A stretch of 64,000 nucleotides of DNA, from NCBI GenBank assembly GCA_002633005.1, contig NMRA01000897.1:42943-106942 (forward strand), read 5' to 3'. Both the position numbers and the translations under genes were made by a program. The notes below the pieces were generated by a model. The model was not told the origin of the DNA, made no database searches, and saw only the letters and a program-made list of their open reading frames with translations. Source of the stretch: Phoronis australis (taxonomy: Eukaryota; Animalia; Phoronida). Each line of letters begins with the position of its first letter. The stretch's first letter is position 1. Positions 23,199-35,300 of the stretch are shown piece by piece.

Positions 23199-24477
23199 AC
23201 AAGAGCAACGCAGAGCGTTGAAATGCGCCCACGCATGCATCGCAAATGGTGCGCTTTTAAGGTAATTTATTTGTATCATAAAAATGGCCACTATATGGCG
23301 CAAAAACGTACAATCCATCCAACAACGGGGAAAATGCCATATTTCATAAAAATCTGTCAAGGAACTTCAGAGTAACAAAGGAAAACAGAACAAAGTGAAA
23401 TTGCCACTTCTGGGCACAGCGTCCATTCCATCCGCCAAAATTCCCACTAGGGGGCACACCAGTAGTCAGATCCGTACGAAAGTTGTCGTCGTCCATTGTC
23501 AACATCATGTAAATACACTTGCTAAATTAAGTAAAGATCCTACAGTTTAATAGATACAGCCATGAGCATAAGAACAAAACTGCCACTAGGAGGTGCCACA
23601 GTAGTTGAACTCGTCGGAAAATCGTCATCAGCCGTCCACTTCATAGTGAAAACATACATGCAAATTTTCACAATTATCCCGAAAGCGGTTTGGTTGATAA
23701 AGTGGACGCGAAAAAACAGATTCGAAAACAGTAAAAATGGCCCCTAGGTGGCACAAACTAGGTCGAATCCATCTGAAAACGAAGAGATAGCTTTAACTCA
23801 TTAACAGATGCCTGTATGCCAAATTTTATGAAAATACGTTGAGAACCTTTGAACATACAGAGGTAAACGTAAAAAAAATCAAATTGCCACAAGGTGGCAC
23901 ACCAGTAGTCAGATCCATCTGAAAGTCGTGGTCCACCGTTGTTAAGATCATACAAATACACTTACTAAATTAAGTAAAGATCCTGCGAACGGTTTAGGGG
24001 ATACAGCTGTCCACGCAAAAAAAAAAACAAAACTACCACTAGGAGGCGCCACAGAAATAAAGTCGTCGCAAAATCATCGTTAGCCGTCCACTTCATAGTA
24101 GGAACATACACGCCAATTTTCACAATCATCCTTTGAGCGGTGTGGTTGAGAGGGGTGGTCGCAAAAACGGACTCAAAAACAGTACAAATGGCCACTAGGT
24201 GGCGCAAACTACGTCAAATCCATCTGAAAACAAGTGGATAGCGTCATCTCACTAATATGTGCCTATATACCAAATTTTATGAAAATCCGTTCAGGACTTT
24301 TGAACTAGGAGGCATACCGGTAATCGGATCCGTCCGAAAGTTCGCTCATGCCATCCCATTCACGGAAGGAACACAATTTCATGAACACATCGATGTCAAG
24401 GTGTTTTGAAGATAGAGCCGCGGACGCCGGACGGAGATGACGGCATAACGCGTCCACATATAAATATGTGGGCCCAT
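23199..24477 (+). mobile_element. Complete HINE copy
   Basis: Same 5' terminus, ~140-bp core tandem units, ggac repeats, 3' hairpin and gtgggcccat+A-run end. Confidence 0.8.
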
Positions 24478-25889
24478 AAAAACAATTCATATGCTTGCAC
24501 AGTACTGCCTATTTGTACATTACCCTTTCCGCACTACAGACACTGAGCGAAGACAGATGGTGCGGCCATATTGTCTCTCGGTCGATTCCAGTATAAGTAT
24601 CATGGAACCCTGGCATATACTTGTTTGGAGAAACAATGTACTCTGCCACAGCTCTCTGTCAAGGAAGATAGGACATAACAGTTAGACTACAAATTAAAGT
24701 TTTGACTCTTGGAAATATCTTTAAACGTCACAATATTTGCACCCAACTCTAAGGTACCCACCTTCCTACAAGCAGAGGGTTTAGTGCAAGTTTCTGGCCA
24801 TGACCTTCTTGGCTCTTTTGGCTGGGTTGTATCAAGAACTACATTGTGGACCATGGCAACGGGTACAGATGAGGCAGGATAGCGCAACGATGCTTCATCA
24901 TTATGAGCCAGTAATTTCTGCGCATTCATCATCTCACGAATCCCGACCATTCTGTTCTGACATTCACTACTATTTTGCCTGCCGGTCGGCAATATCTGAC
25001 CCCTTGCTGCACCTAACACATGATGCAGTTGTAAAGTTGGTGCTGGTCTGTCAGACGATACAATAGCAGACGTAGTTGTGGCAGAGGCATCTTGACTCTG
25101 GTGCTGGCTTGCAAGTGAAGGGGAAGTCTGGGTCTGTGAATCACTGGAAGGCATGCTAAGGTGTTTGGTCATAGAGTGGCAAGATATTGCCAGCTCTCTT
25201 TCCTCTACAAAGAAATTGAGTCAAAATATACACCTCAAAAATTGGATGGTGAAAGGAAATTTTGTCAACTTGGGCGACAGGCTCAAATAGATGAAAACTA
25301 TGGGTGGCAGATTTTATAGGAACAGCCATGAATTTAAGAACTAACTTGAAGTTGTGCAAGCCCATTAGGCAACTTACAGTATGCAAAAATCATGAGATCA
25401 ATTATGTTACACCCAGAAATTTTACTATTATTAGATCACAAAATAGTGTTCACAAAGCCAGCTAGCCTGCAGAGCTCCGTTGACAATTACAATAAATCAA
25501 GGTTCAACTTGCCTTCAGTTTCACGTGATCGTGACCCTACACTCCGCCTGACAGTTGCAGAATTAACTGAACCAGACATAATGGGAGCAGGCGTCTCATT
25601 TGTGCTGGAAATAAAACAAGACATCCAATCATTCCAAGAGAGCTTGGGACCACAGACTTTCCTCATTTGAAATCAGTGCAATGGAAATAATCATCTTTGC
25701 AAAGAACAATGTTCCTACATTTTGTTTCTTACCAAAAATGTACTTAGTATATGGTATTGACACAATTTCGAATGATTCTGAACTAACTGTACAGTATTTT
25801 ATTATCATCCATCATTGTATTACGTTATAATACCAAGCAAAAACACTGCTCCATTTGCCCTAATCACTAAATGCATGCAACAGGAGAGA

Positions 25890-26030
25890 GGAGACAGTGT
25901 GGCTCGGTGGTTTGAGTTCTGCACTCCTGTTTGACAGACCCAGGTTCGAATCCTGGCTTTAATGGCAAACAATCGAGGAGTGTACAAAAGTGTCTACTAC
26001 TACTCTGAGCTCGATTTTACTGGTGAATGT
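25890..26030 (+). mobile_element. tRNA-derived SINE-like repeat (related degraded copies at ~3332-3450 and ~3999-4110)
   Basis: A-box-like tggctcggtgg and B-box ggttcgaatcc; tail ctctgagctcgattttact resembles the 3.4-kb copy. Confidence 0.55.
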
Positions 26031-26135
26031 AACTAAGTGAATGAATGAGAACCTGAATATAATGCAAAAGTGATTTCTGGGGCTGTGCTAAAAAAAAATT
26101 TAAGGGGACATACAGTACACAACAAAAGCACAGTA

Positions 26136-27686
26136 CAGCCACTGAATTATTAGACTTCGTCCAGTCTGCCTCACGCCTGGCCAGACCGGAGCGTAACCGG
26201 AACGCAGGGGTGAGAGAAATCTGTCACGGCCTCCTCACGCCTACTCTCCAGGTAGCTCTAACGCTTACCTCCGGTTTGGTTAACGCCTTCCTCACGCTTT
26301 TCTCACGCTTCCCTCACGCCTTCGGTACCTGCGGTAGCATACAGTACCGTGATGGTGCGCCGGGCTAATTAAAATATCATCTAGATCTGCGTGTCAGGTG
26401 GCGTTGTTTGTGTAGCTTTTGAGTAATCCGTTGTTTTTGGCATCTTACTCTACTGAGTTCCGTCAAACACCGCATTTTCTCATACGAACGAACTCCTTTA
26501 ACTCGTCTGCGTTACATTTATAGTGTCCAAGTTATTACTTGAGGTTTTGGCGAAAAAACTTAAGTTTTTCTGAAGAACTTAAGTTTTTAAAACCTAAGTT
26601 TTTCGCCAAAAACTTAAGTTGTTCAGCACAATGTTAAGTTTTTCAAAAACTTCATTTTTTTCGGGTGTAAAACTTAAGTTTACACAAATAAACTTAATTT
26701 TCAAGTAATAACTTAACTTTTCGTGAAAACTTAAGTTTTTTGTACTAACAAAACTTAACTTTTTCTGGTCTATTTTCATTCAAAGTTTTTATACGAAGGC
26801 CAACACACGTCGGGTACCAATTCAGTGAAAGCTGCAAACTAGAATTTAGACTTCGAAAGCCGAAGTTCACTCAATTACCCGGTTTCAGTACACATTGTAT
26901 ATCCTGCTGAGGTTATAAAAACATTACCCTCATAGCACTACTACAGAGTAAAGCGAGCTCTCAAGTGCAGCCAGGAATCAGCACTAAAATCAATCTACAT
27001 AAAATACATGTACTATGATCGGCACTATTGCCTTTGATCTACCAGGTTGAACATAAATGAGAATTAATACACAGTTTAGTTTATATTTAATGTAACAAGA
27101 ACTAAAATGTCAAATAATAAATCCACTAATCTACAATGTTTCGTGCAATTCATTACATATCCGTGATACATTTCTGCTAATTTTGTTGATTTGATAGCAT
27201 TAATTGTAGTATTACTCACTTGCCGCTTGTTAATGAGTTCCAGTTGAGTAAGTGGACCAGTCTGTGCACCCAAGCCTGTTTTAATGAACTGTATCGTCAT
27301 ATAATATGGATGCCCGGAGACAGCTGACCAGTACCATATATATAGGCCTATTATATTGCAAACGCAGTTGGCAATTTTTTACCGATGTTGTCAAAGTTCT
27401 TACAGTTGTTTCCTATTCCAGCACTGAGAAATGTTTCTTGAAATACAATAGAGTATATTGTTCCAGTCGCGCTAAACGAGTTGAAATGGCAATAATGAAT
27501 GTCCCGACTGTAGAGAAGGCAGGAAAACTGACGCCTGGCTCACGGTGAGCTCGCGCTTCGTTCACGCTTAGGCTCACGCCAGCTTTCACGGTTGATTCAC
27601 GCCTCACTCTCCGGTCAGTCTCCGGTTACGCTCACGCTTAGCCAGACCGGAGGCAGACCGGACGAAGCCTAATAATTCAGTGGCTG
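26136..27686. mobile_element. Tc1/mariner-type MITE with TA target duplication
   Basis: TIR cagccactgaattattag(a/g)cttcgtcc(a/g)gtctgcctc at both ends, flanked by TA; subterminal ctcacgc repeats; internal aaaacttaagtttt array at ~26545-26765. Confidence 0.85.
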
Positions 27687-28657
27687 TACTGTACTCAGAC
27701 AAAATGACCTGTAATGGTTGTCATGACAGCTGGGCAGAAGCCGAATTCATTGTCACATTTTGATTTCAAATTCATGTTCAAATGATACATTTCGAATATG
27801 TGTGCACGCTAAAGTTGTCCTAGATATACAAAGGGACTCCATTCCTTCATAACTCATCCTAGTTCAATCCGTAGTACACCACATTGAATCCTGCAGGTAG
27901 ACAAATGACATAGAGAACAAACCGCAACTAAAAACAATCATCCACATTTTAAATAAAATGGAACCCAGAACTGGCTTATGGAAGTACCTGTTACATTTTG
28001 GAGCAACAAAATCCATTGGATAATAGAAGAACTTGTACCTTCTTGCTGGCCACAGAAAGATTCTACAGTACATTATCTATCAACTCAAATCTTCTGTTTT
28101 ATTATCAACATTCTTAACACTAACACAGCACATAGTAACATCCTACAGACATGTACACGTTATATGGTGCTCAACACAAAATGACAAGCACTGTAAATTT
28201 TAACTACGCCTTACCTTAGTTTTAACAACCTGTACAAATCTTCCTTTACCTCTGCATAGTAATCTGAAAATTTCATTAAATGTGAAGATTCATAATGGCC
28301 AGGTTTCCTCACAAAACCAAAACTCAATCTATAATGAGCCCATCAATCAGTTTATACACAGAAGGGGTGAAGATTAGTGCCATTGTCAAGACATTTCCTG
28401 ATTGCATTTTGCTAGGCACAGAGGGGATGCTTACAAGACCCCACATTCAAAACTTTAGTCCAAGTTTCTTAATAGGCTAGGTGCAGATTTGTTTTCCAAA
28501 AAATTACAGTAACTGCTGTGGTAGTCTTAACTTACCAAAAAGCATTTGACAGAATTCTAATTTTTACTATAAAAGCGAGTATTTAGCCCCCATGTTTTGA
28601 AAGCAAAAATTTCGCTCAAGTCAGGGTTTCACAAGCACATAACCATAACACTTTTAG

Positions 28658-28948
28658 TTTTTATGTGAATGTCTTAAACTACCAACTATTGAAAGAGCAT
28701 TTTATGTGAATGTCTTAAACTACCAACTATTGAAAGTGTATTTTATGTGAATGTCTTAAACTACCAACTATTGAAAGTGCATTTTATGTGAATGTCTTAA
28801 ACTACCAACTATTGAAAGTGTATTTTATGTGAATGTCTTAAACTACCAACAATTGAAAGTGTATTTTATGTGAATGTCTTAAACTACCAACTATTGAAAG
28901 TGTATTTTATGTGAATGTCTTAAACTACCAACAATTGAAAGTGTATTT
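28658..28948. repeat. 42-bp minisatellite, about 7 copies
   Basis: ttttatgtgaatgtcttaaactaccaactattgaaagtgta is repeated. Confidence 0.95.
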
Positions 28949-29877
28949 TTGTCCAACCTCAGGGTTTTATTTGTAGAACTTGCATTAAGTATTTAGTCCC
29001 TATTACAAACATCACTTGAATTTAAACTTTGAATTTCGAAGTTGAACTTAACAAAGACACAAGTTCACATCAGAAACAGAACAAAAATATTGAACACAAT
29101 AAAACAGCTCAACAAAACAAAAAAAGAACAGAGAGCACAGTCGTCCATGCAAGAAAGGTTTGATTGTTCATAACTCACTGCGGTCTCTGAATAGCTTATG
29201 TGTCTTCAAGCCACCAAATAAATCAGCGGCTATTTGAGACATCGGAAGATACTAAAACAATGTGCTAGATATAAAAATGACAAACTAATTGCTTTTAACA
29301 TGTAATTAAGCGGCGCAGGTAAAACAAGGGTCCTACTCGCTGAACCAGATACATTTCATTAACGTGGTCATGTGGGTTCAGCCTAAAAATGCCCTTAGGC
29401 TGATGAATTGCTGTTCACTGTTAATCTATTCAGAAACTAATAAGAGCAATACAAGACTGTTGATATACTGCGTGTAGCACAGATGACGATGCAAAAGACA
29501 GACATTTTCATAAGAGGAAGCCACTAAAGAACACCTAAAATCGGCTCTAAGGTCAAAGTTCAGTTATTCTAAGGTCACAGGCTCAGTTATTCCAAGTCAG
29601 AGAAGTCCTCTGGAAACTAAAAACATAGTTTCCAAAGTCTTAGGAACACCAATGATTCAAAAGCAGTTAGAAAGATAAAGATGCACATACAAAATTCGGA
29701 TTTGTCCTAAAATAAGCAAGTGCTGTCTTATCTTCAGTAAACACAGCTGCAAAATTTTACAGAGAATAGTCATTAAAGTGGTTTTGCACAAAGAAGATGG
29801 GGTAAAAATACTACAGATGACAGTAATTTGCACCTACATAAAAAGTGGGGCTTCTCTTGGTTAGCACGACCAGGCGA

Positions 29878-30180
29878 ATATTGAGTTGAACATTGCATAT
29901 TACTGTACAGTTATATTGATTTGAACATTGCATATTACTGTACAGAGTTATATTGTGCTGAACATTGCATATTACTGTACACAGTTATATTGAGTTGAAC
30001 ATTGCATATTACTGTACAGAGTTATATTGTGCTGAACATTGCATACTACTGTACACAGTTATATTGAGTTTAACATTGCATATTACTCTACAGAGTTATA
30101 TTGTGCTGAACATTGCATACTAGTGTACAGTTATATTGAGTAAAACATAGCATATTACTGTACAGAGTTATATTGTGCTT
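29878..30180. repeat. ~36-bp minisatellite, about 8 copies
   Basis: atattg(a/t)g(t/c)tgaacattgcatattactgtaca(ga)gtt is repeated. Confidence 0.9.
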
Positions 30181-32397
30181 TACTCACTTTGCCAAATATT
30201 GTCTATTAGATAAGTGTACTTAAAAGTTCATTTTAGCAGCACTTATTGCATCATTGTGCAAAAACAAACCACTCAGGCTTTCATGATTTAGAGAAGATGC
30301 AGCCCTCAAAACAATTTAAAACAAACCTCAGGAAATTCATCACTATCCAATGAAGTGGGACGTGATGAACTCTTGACATTTCTCTCTTGGGACTGAGGAG
30401 TGAAAGGAGTACAGCAGTTGGTGGGACGGGGCTGAGAAACAAGGCACTCGTCACGGTTCTTCGACTTGGCTTGGAGAGGTTTTTGGTGGCTTTTCTCCTT
30501 ACGCCAAACACAGCAAACTCTGGGCAGGTTTTCTTCATCTGCGTCCAACTCCACAGGACTGCTACTACCCATATCCATTGCTCTATAAGACAAAGCAAAT
30601 GTTACAAGATGAACTGCCAACAAGCCATGTTACAATGTTGCTTAATTGTCCATGGTTGGGGAACACATCTGCTTCAACTGCTAAGATGTAAAATGGGCTG
30701 TCATTCACAAAAATACAGGCTGAAGCAATTACCCATAATGCTAGCAAAACTCTAAGGAATGACAGTGACACTATGTATTTCACAGTCACCTTGGTGTTCA
30801 ATAAGGATGCCTGCTAAATTTGACCATTCTTTGGATGACTAACAAGTTTTATTCTGAGACCAGCCACAGCACACGGACACATGCAAATGTGGCAATCAAC
30901 CAAACTCATATACTAGAAAGAAGTCAGCTTGGCAACGTTAACTGTTTGAATTGAATGAGTGATTTGATCAGATAAGAGGATTGGTGCCCACTTGAAGTAA
31001 ACATGCTTGATACCTGGTGTTTGATGCGTGGTTACAATTCCACTGCAACCCACTAGGTGTTTACTAAAGAGTAAATTGAAGGTTAAAGGAGACAATTACT
31101 TGCATATGCTACTGGCCAATTTCTCTCTGAAATTAATCCCCTAATTCTGTTAAACAGTTTAGTACCCAAACCTGAATACCTTCCACATTTTGTCACTGAA
31201 TAATATGACAGTTTACATATAAAGGTCCTGTTGCATCTTGTTTAATGACTAAATAACATTTTTCTTCACTAACATTGCTTTATCACTACAGGCTTCGCTA
31301 AGTCCAGTTTCTTTACAAGCAATAATTTTCTTCATTTCTTCTGCTGTTTTGAGTTTCGTATTCTCAGACAGTCGCAATGGCCCTAAAAGTATAGGAATTT
31401 TTAATCCCATTCATGCAAGACACACAGCTACAGTTGTATTAAGAACTGTAGTGAATATAGAAAATATATCAACAATACAAGGAAAGAAAATAAGATTTAA
31501 CACAATAGTGGAAGGCACTTTACACATGTGAGGTTTGAGTATGACACAAGCATAATTGTAACACAATTAAGCTCCACAATTGCTTAGCATAATGTACCAA
31601 CTACTTAAAGATCTAAACCAAACTGTACTGCAGACAACACTGCTAGCTAAAATCTAGATATTATTACCTCACAATTATGTACTATAATTCAGAACCATGC
31701 TAAATAATAGTGCACATACTTTCACCTTCTAGACAGCAATGAAAATCTAGTGGTGGACAGACGTCTGTACTTCATATTCTAATTAATATATTCAAGACAA
31801 AAAACTCAATTAAGAATATGAAATTTCCGTTGCCATGCAACAACCAATTAATAAGTGATTATCATTATCAGTGATATCATGCATTAAAAGCAATAACTTA
31901 ATACCCCTTCTAATAGCATCAGACTTCCTTGCATTGTTGTATAGCCCTAATCGGATCTGAAAATGAATAATGAATTATGTAAGATTTGTCATACATCCAT
32001 ATTGCGTGAAAACAACTTAATATTCACTACTTGCCAATTTTTCAGTTGAATAAAAATTGCTAATGTTGCACCACTAGAGGTAGAATTGATCAACTTCTAT
32101 CCTATGTCACAGAGTACAAGGCAAATTTATTACCTGAACATGAGTGTGACCTGTATATGCGTGCCAAAAATGCACTGTTTAATTTTTGTGCATAAAAACT
32201 CTGATGATATAAATACGAAACCCATTGTTTGTATGCAAGTCTTGGAAAAGCTAGTATTAAAGCACCAGATACACACATCCCATAATCAGATATTCGGGAT
32301 CCAAAAACAAAAATAATAAACTTCAATGCTCTAAAAGTATATGTAACAACCACACTATATTTAATGTTTAGGCGCAAGTTTAGGAGACACCACTTAC

Positions 32398-35300
32398 AGT
32401 CAAGCGATCACTGGTTATAGCTGTAGACAACAGGTTTCCAGTTGCCTTTGCACACTGAAACAAACACAGTCAAGAAATGTTTAATTTACACACAGTTGTA
32501 AATGAAAACTGTTTAACAAGTAATGCCTATTTTTACAGCTTTCTGGCAATCTAAATTATTAGCGTGGCTTACGCCTAGACGCCAACTTCAACAAGAATCT
32601 GGTGTGTCTTTTCCCACAGTGTTACACAGAGCTAAAGCACTGAAGCCAATTTTTGTTGCAGTTCCAAAGAGGACTGTATTGTGAACCGTATGAATGTATG
32701 ATAGATGAACTATAAAATTGGAAACACTATCCTAAGAACAACAGAAACATCATTAATCAGATGGGATAATCAACAGTTCTAGGTAATTTCTTTTGCAATG
32801 TTACTACAGTTGTATAATTTATATGCACATAATATTAAAGACATATTTGCATGCTCCAGTTAAACTATGCTAATGCATAGCAGGAACTAAACAACAAATG
32901 AAATGCTATTTTAACATAATATACGCTAAATAAAGTGCAGTTGTGTATTCAGAGGCAACAAAATGTGAAAACAAAAATTATGCAAATAGGTGACCTTTGC
33001 ACTAATGATGTATGTAACAGGCTCACATAGCCCATATAATGCAGTGTTATTCCACAGCACGTCAGTCCTTACTGGACACGGTTCAGTGATTTGTGGCAGA
33101 TCATTTTTGCCACAAAACTCGTTCTTAAAGACATTTGGCAATTTTCAACCTGATCATATTCACATTGTCGCTATATGTTGTGCTTCTAAATAATTATTGG
33201 CCAACCAATCACAGAGATAAGGAATCAGCGTGCAAGTTCCACTTTAAGGTCCATGTGCCCACATAAGTTATGTTGTGTTTTTCAAAGAAAAATTATTACT
33301 GTGGTGTTTTCTATGTAGGCACATGTGTCTTGGCTTCACCTACACACACATGTGGTTATTCCTTGCATGTGCGCATGTCTGGTGGTATTCATGTGTTTTA
33401 TTTACTGTGAATACTTTTCATTTATTAATAGCTAGTGATAAATTGAATACATGTCAAACTACATCATTTTATGACCAGCAAGTTAAGTTTCAGTTACCGT
33501 ATTTGCCGTAATAACCGCCCAGGGCACTTAGACAAGTTTGTTCAAATTACCTGAAATCCTCCTTAAGTTTTCCAAGTGGCGCCCCTAAGATGTTTAAGTT
33601 CCCGTGGAGTCAGGATTAACGGCAGGTTTTAAGGCACTATTTCCGCTTCATTTTTGTTAAAAACTTCATGAAACGGATCTTTACGCAAACACTGTTATTC
33701 GAAACCTAAGCCCAAATAATAGCCTTCGCCACGGCATCGAATTCTTTTATAATGAACTGAATTTAATACAGATTTTTTTAGCTAAATTTTTCATTTTGTG
33801 TGGTGCACCAAGAAATAAATGGATGCCGGACGAAGTGTCAATCGAAGAATCAAGTGTCGAATATGAACTTGGAGTTTCAATTAATCTCAAGATCGTATAC
33901 AGGCCTACGTGAACTGGGAATACCCACTCAAATAATCACGCTCAAGCTACTATAATTAGTTAACGGGTGAAATAAGTGCTTTTGGAACCAATAATTACAG
34001 AAATTTGCTACATTGAACAAAATATTCACCAGATTTCTTTAATGTGTATTTAATTACAAGCTCACGCTTACGCGATCTTCAGATTAAGCAAAATTCACGT
34101 TCACGCATACCAAACAAGTAATAGCAGGCGTTCGGTATAAATATAGGTTGTCCTCCGTTGAAAAGGCTTGCTAATCGTCCTCAAGTTGAGTATTACCGCC
34201 GTAAAGCTTGAAATGAAGATCAGTTTGGGTGCTGGACTTATCTACCATCCCAGATGGCTGTTACACGGTCTCAGTAAGGAAAGATTTTGCTCGAGAGGTA
34301 AGTCGTCAACGGATGTCCGAGGCGCACTTGTTACAGCAATGCTAACCATAAAGTTTTCAGAATGTTATGGTAGATTTATTTTACTGCCTAACAGTACATA
34401 ATAAAGCACACCGACATTACAATATTCCTGTAGTAAAATCCTTGGTGTCTTTGACTGAGTATTTTTTGCGTTATTTTACTGTTTTAGTTGTTTAGCCCTC
34501 AGGCTCGGTTTCATCCACTTGTGTCGTGGATTAATTTGAGCAAACCACAGGCGTCCTCAGCTTCTGATCGTCCCTAATACACTGGATATACATGTAATGC
34601 TATTATATGCAGTGTATTAGGGACGATCAGAAGCTGAGGGCGCCTGTGGAGCAAACAAAGAAGCCACATTTACAAGTGTTTCTCATGTAAAAGTAAGGGG
34701 ACTCAAGGTAAGGGCTGTTGAAACCAATTAAGATTCGTTGTGTCATTGTGTGATCTAAGATGTAACAGCAATCCTTGAGTAAATAATCATTTGATAATCC
34801 TCTCTTTTGCAAATTCATGTCACCTTGCAGTGTGTATAGAGACTGACAGTCTATACAGCCTCTTGGTGCTAGTCTTGATACTCTAGCAGCCCTACACAAC
34901 TAACTAGTCTTGTGGTTGTTTATGTTGACTGGCAGTCTATACATGTAACCAGTTAGTCCTACTTTTGATACTCTCTGCAAGCCTAACTGTGTAATTTTGT
35001 GGTTGTATACAGGACAAGCTGATAGTCAATACACCCTGCCAGTGGTAGTGTGGATATTCCCAAATTGGTGGTTTGTATTAAATAATGTTATTTGTTGTTC
35101 TTCAGGGCATTGCACCAGACAGACAAGCATGAGTGGACTGCTCCACTGACAACTGCCAGCACTTTCAACTTGCATAGCAGGGAGTTACTAGAAGGTGCTG
35201 ATGAAGACAAATGAATTGAGAAGGGGTCATCTGACCATGATGCATTCAAAAGAACCCAACATTGCTGAAGAATGCTTCGCCATCAACAGCAGGTACCTAT

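Noticed and set aside
25890-25960. Functional tRNA gene
   Set aside because: Has A/B-box-like motifs but no convincing cloverleaf or acceptor stem; better explained as a SINE head.
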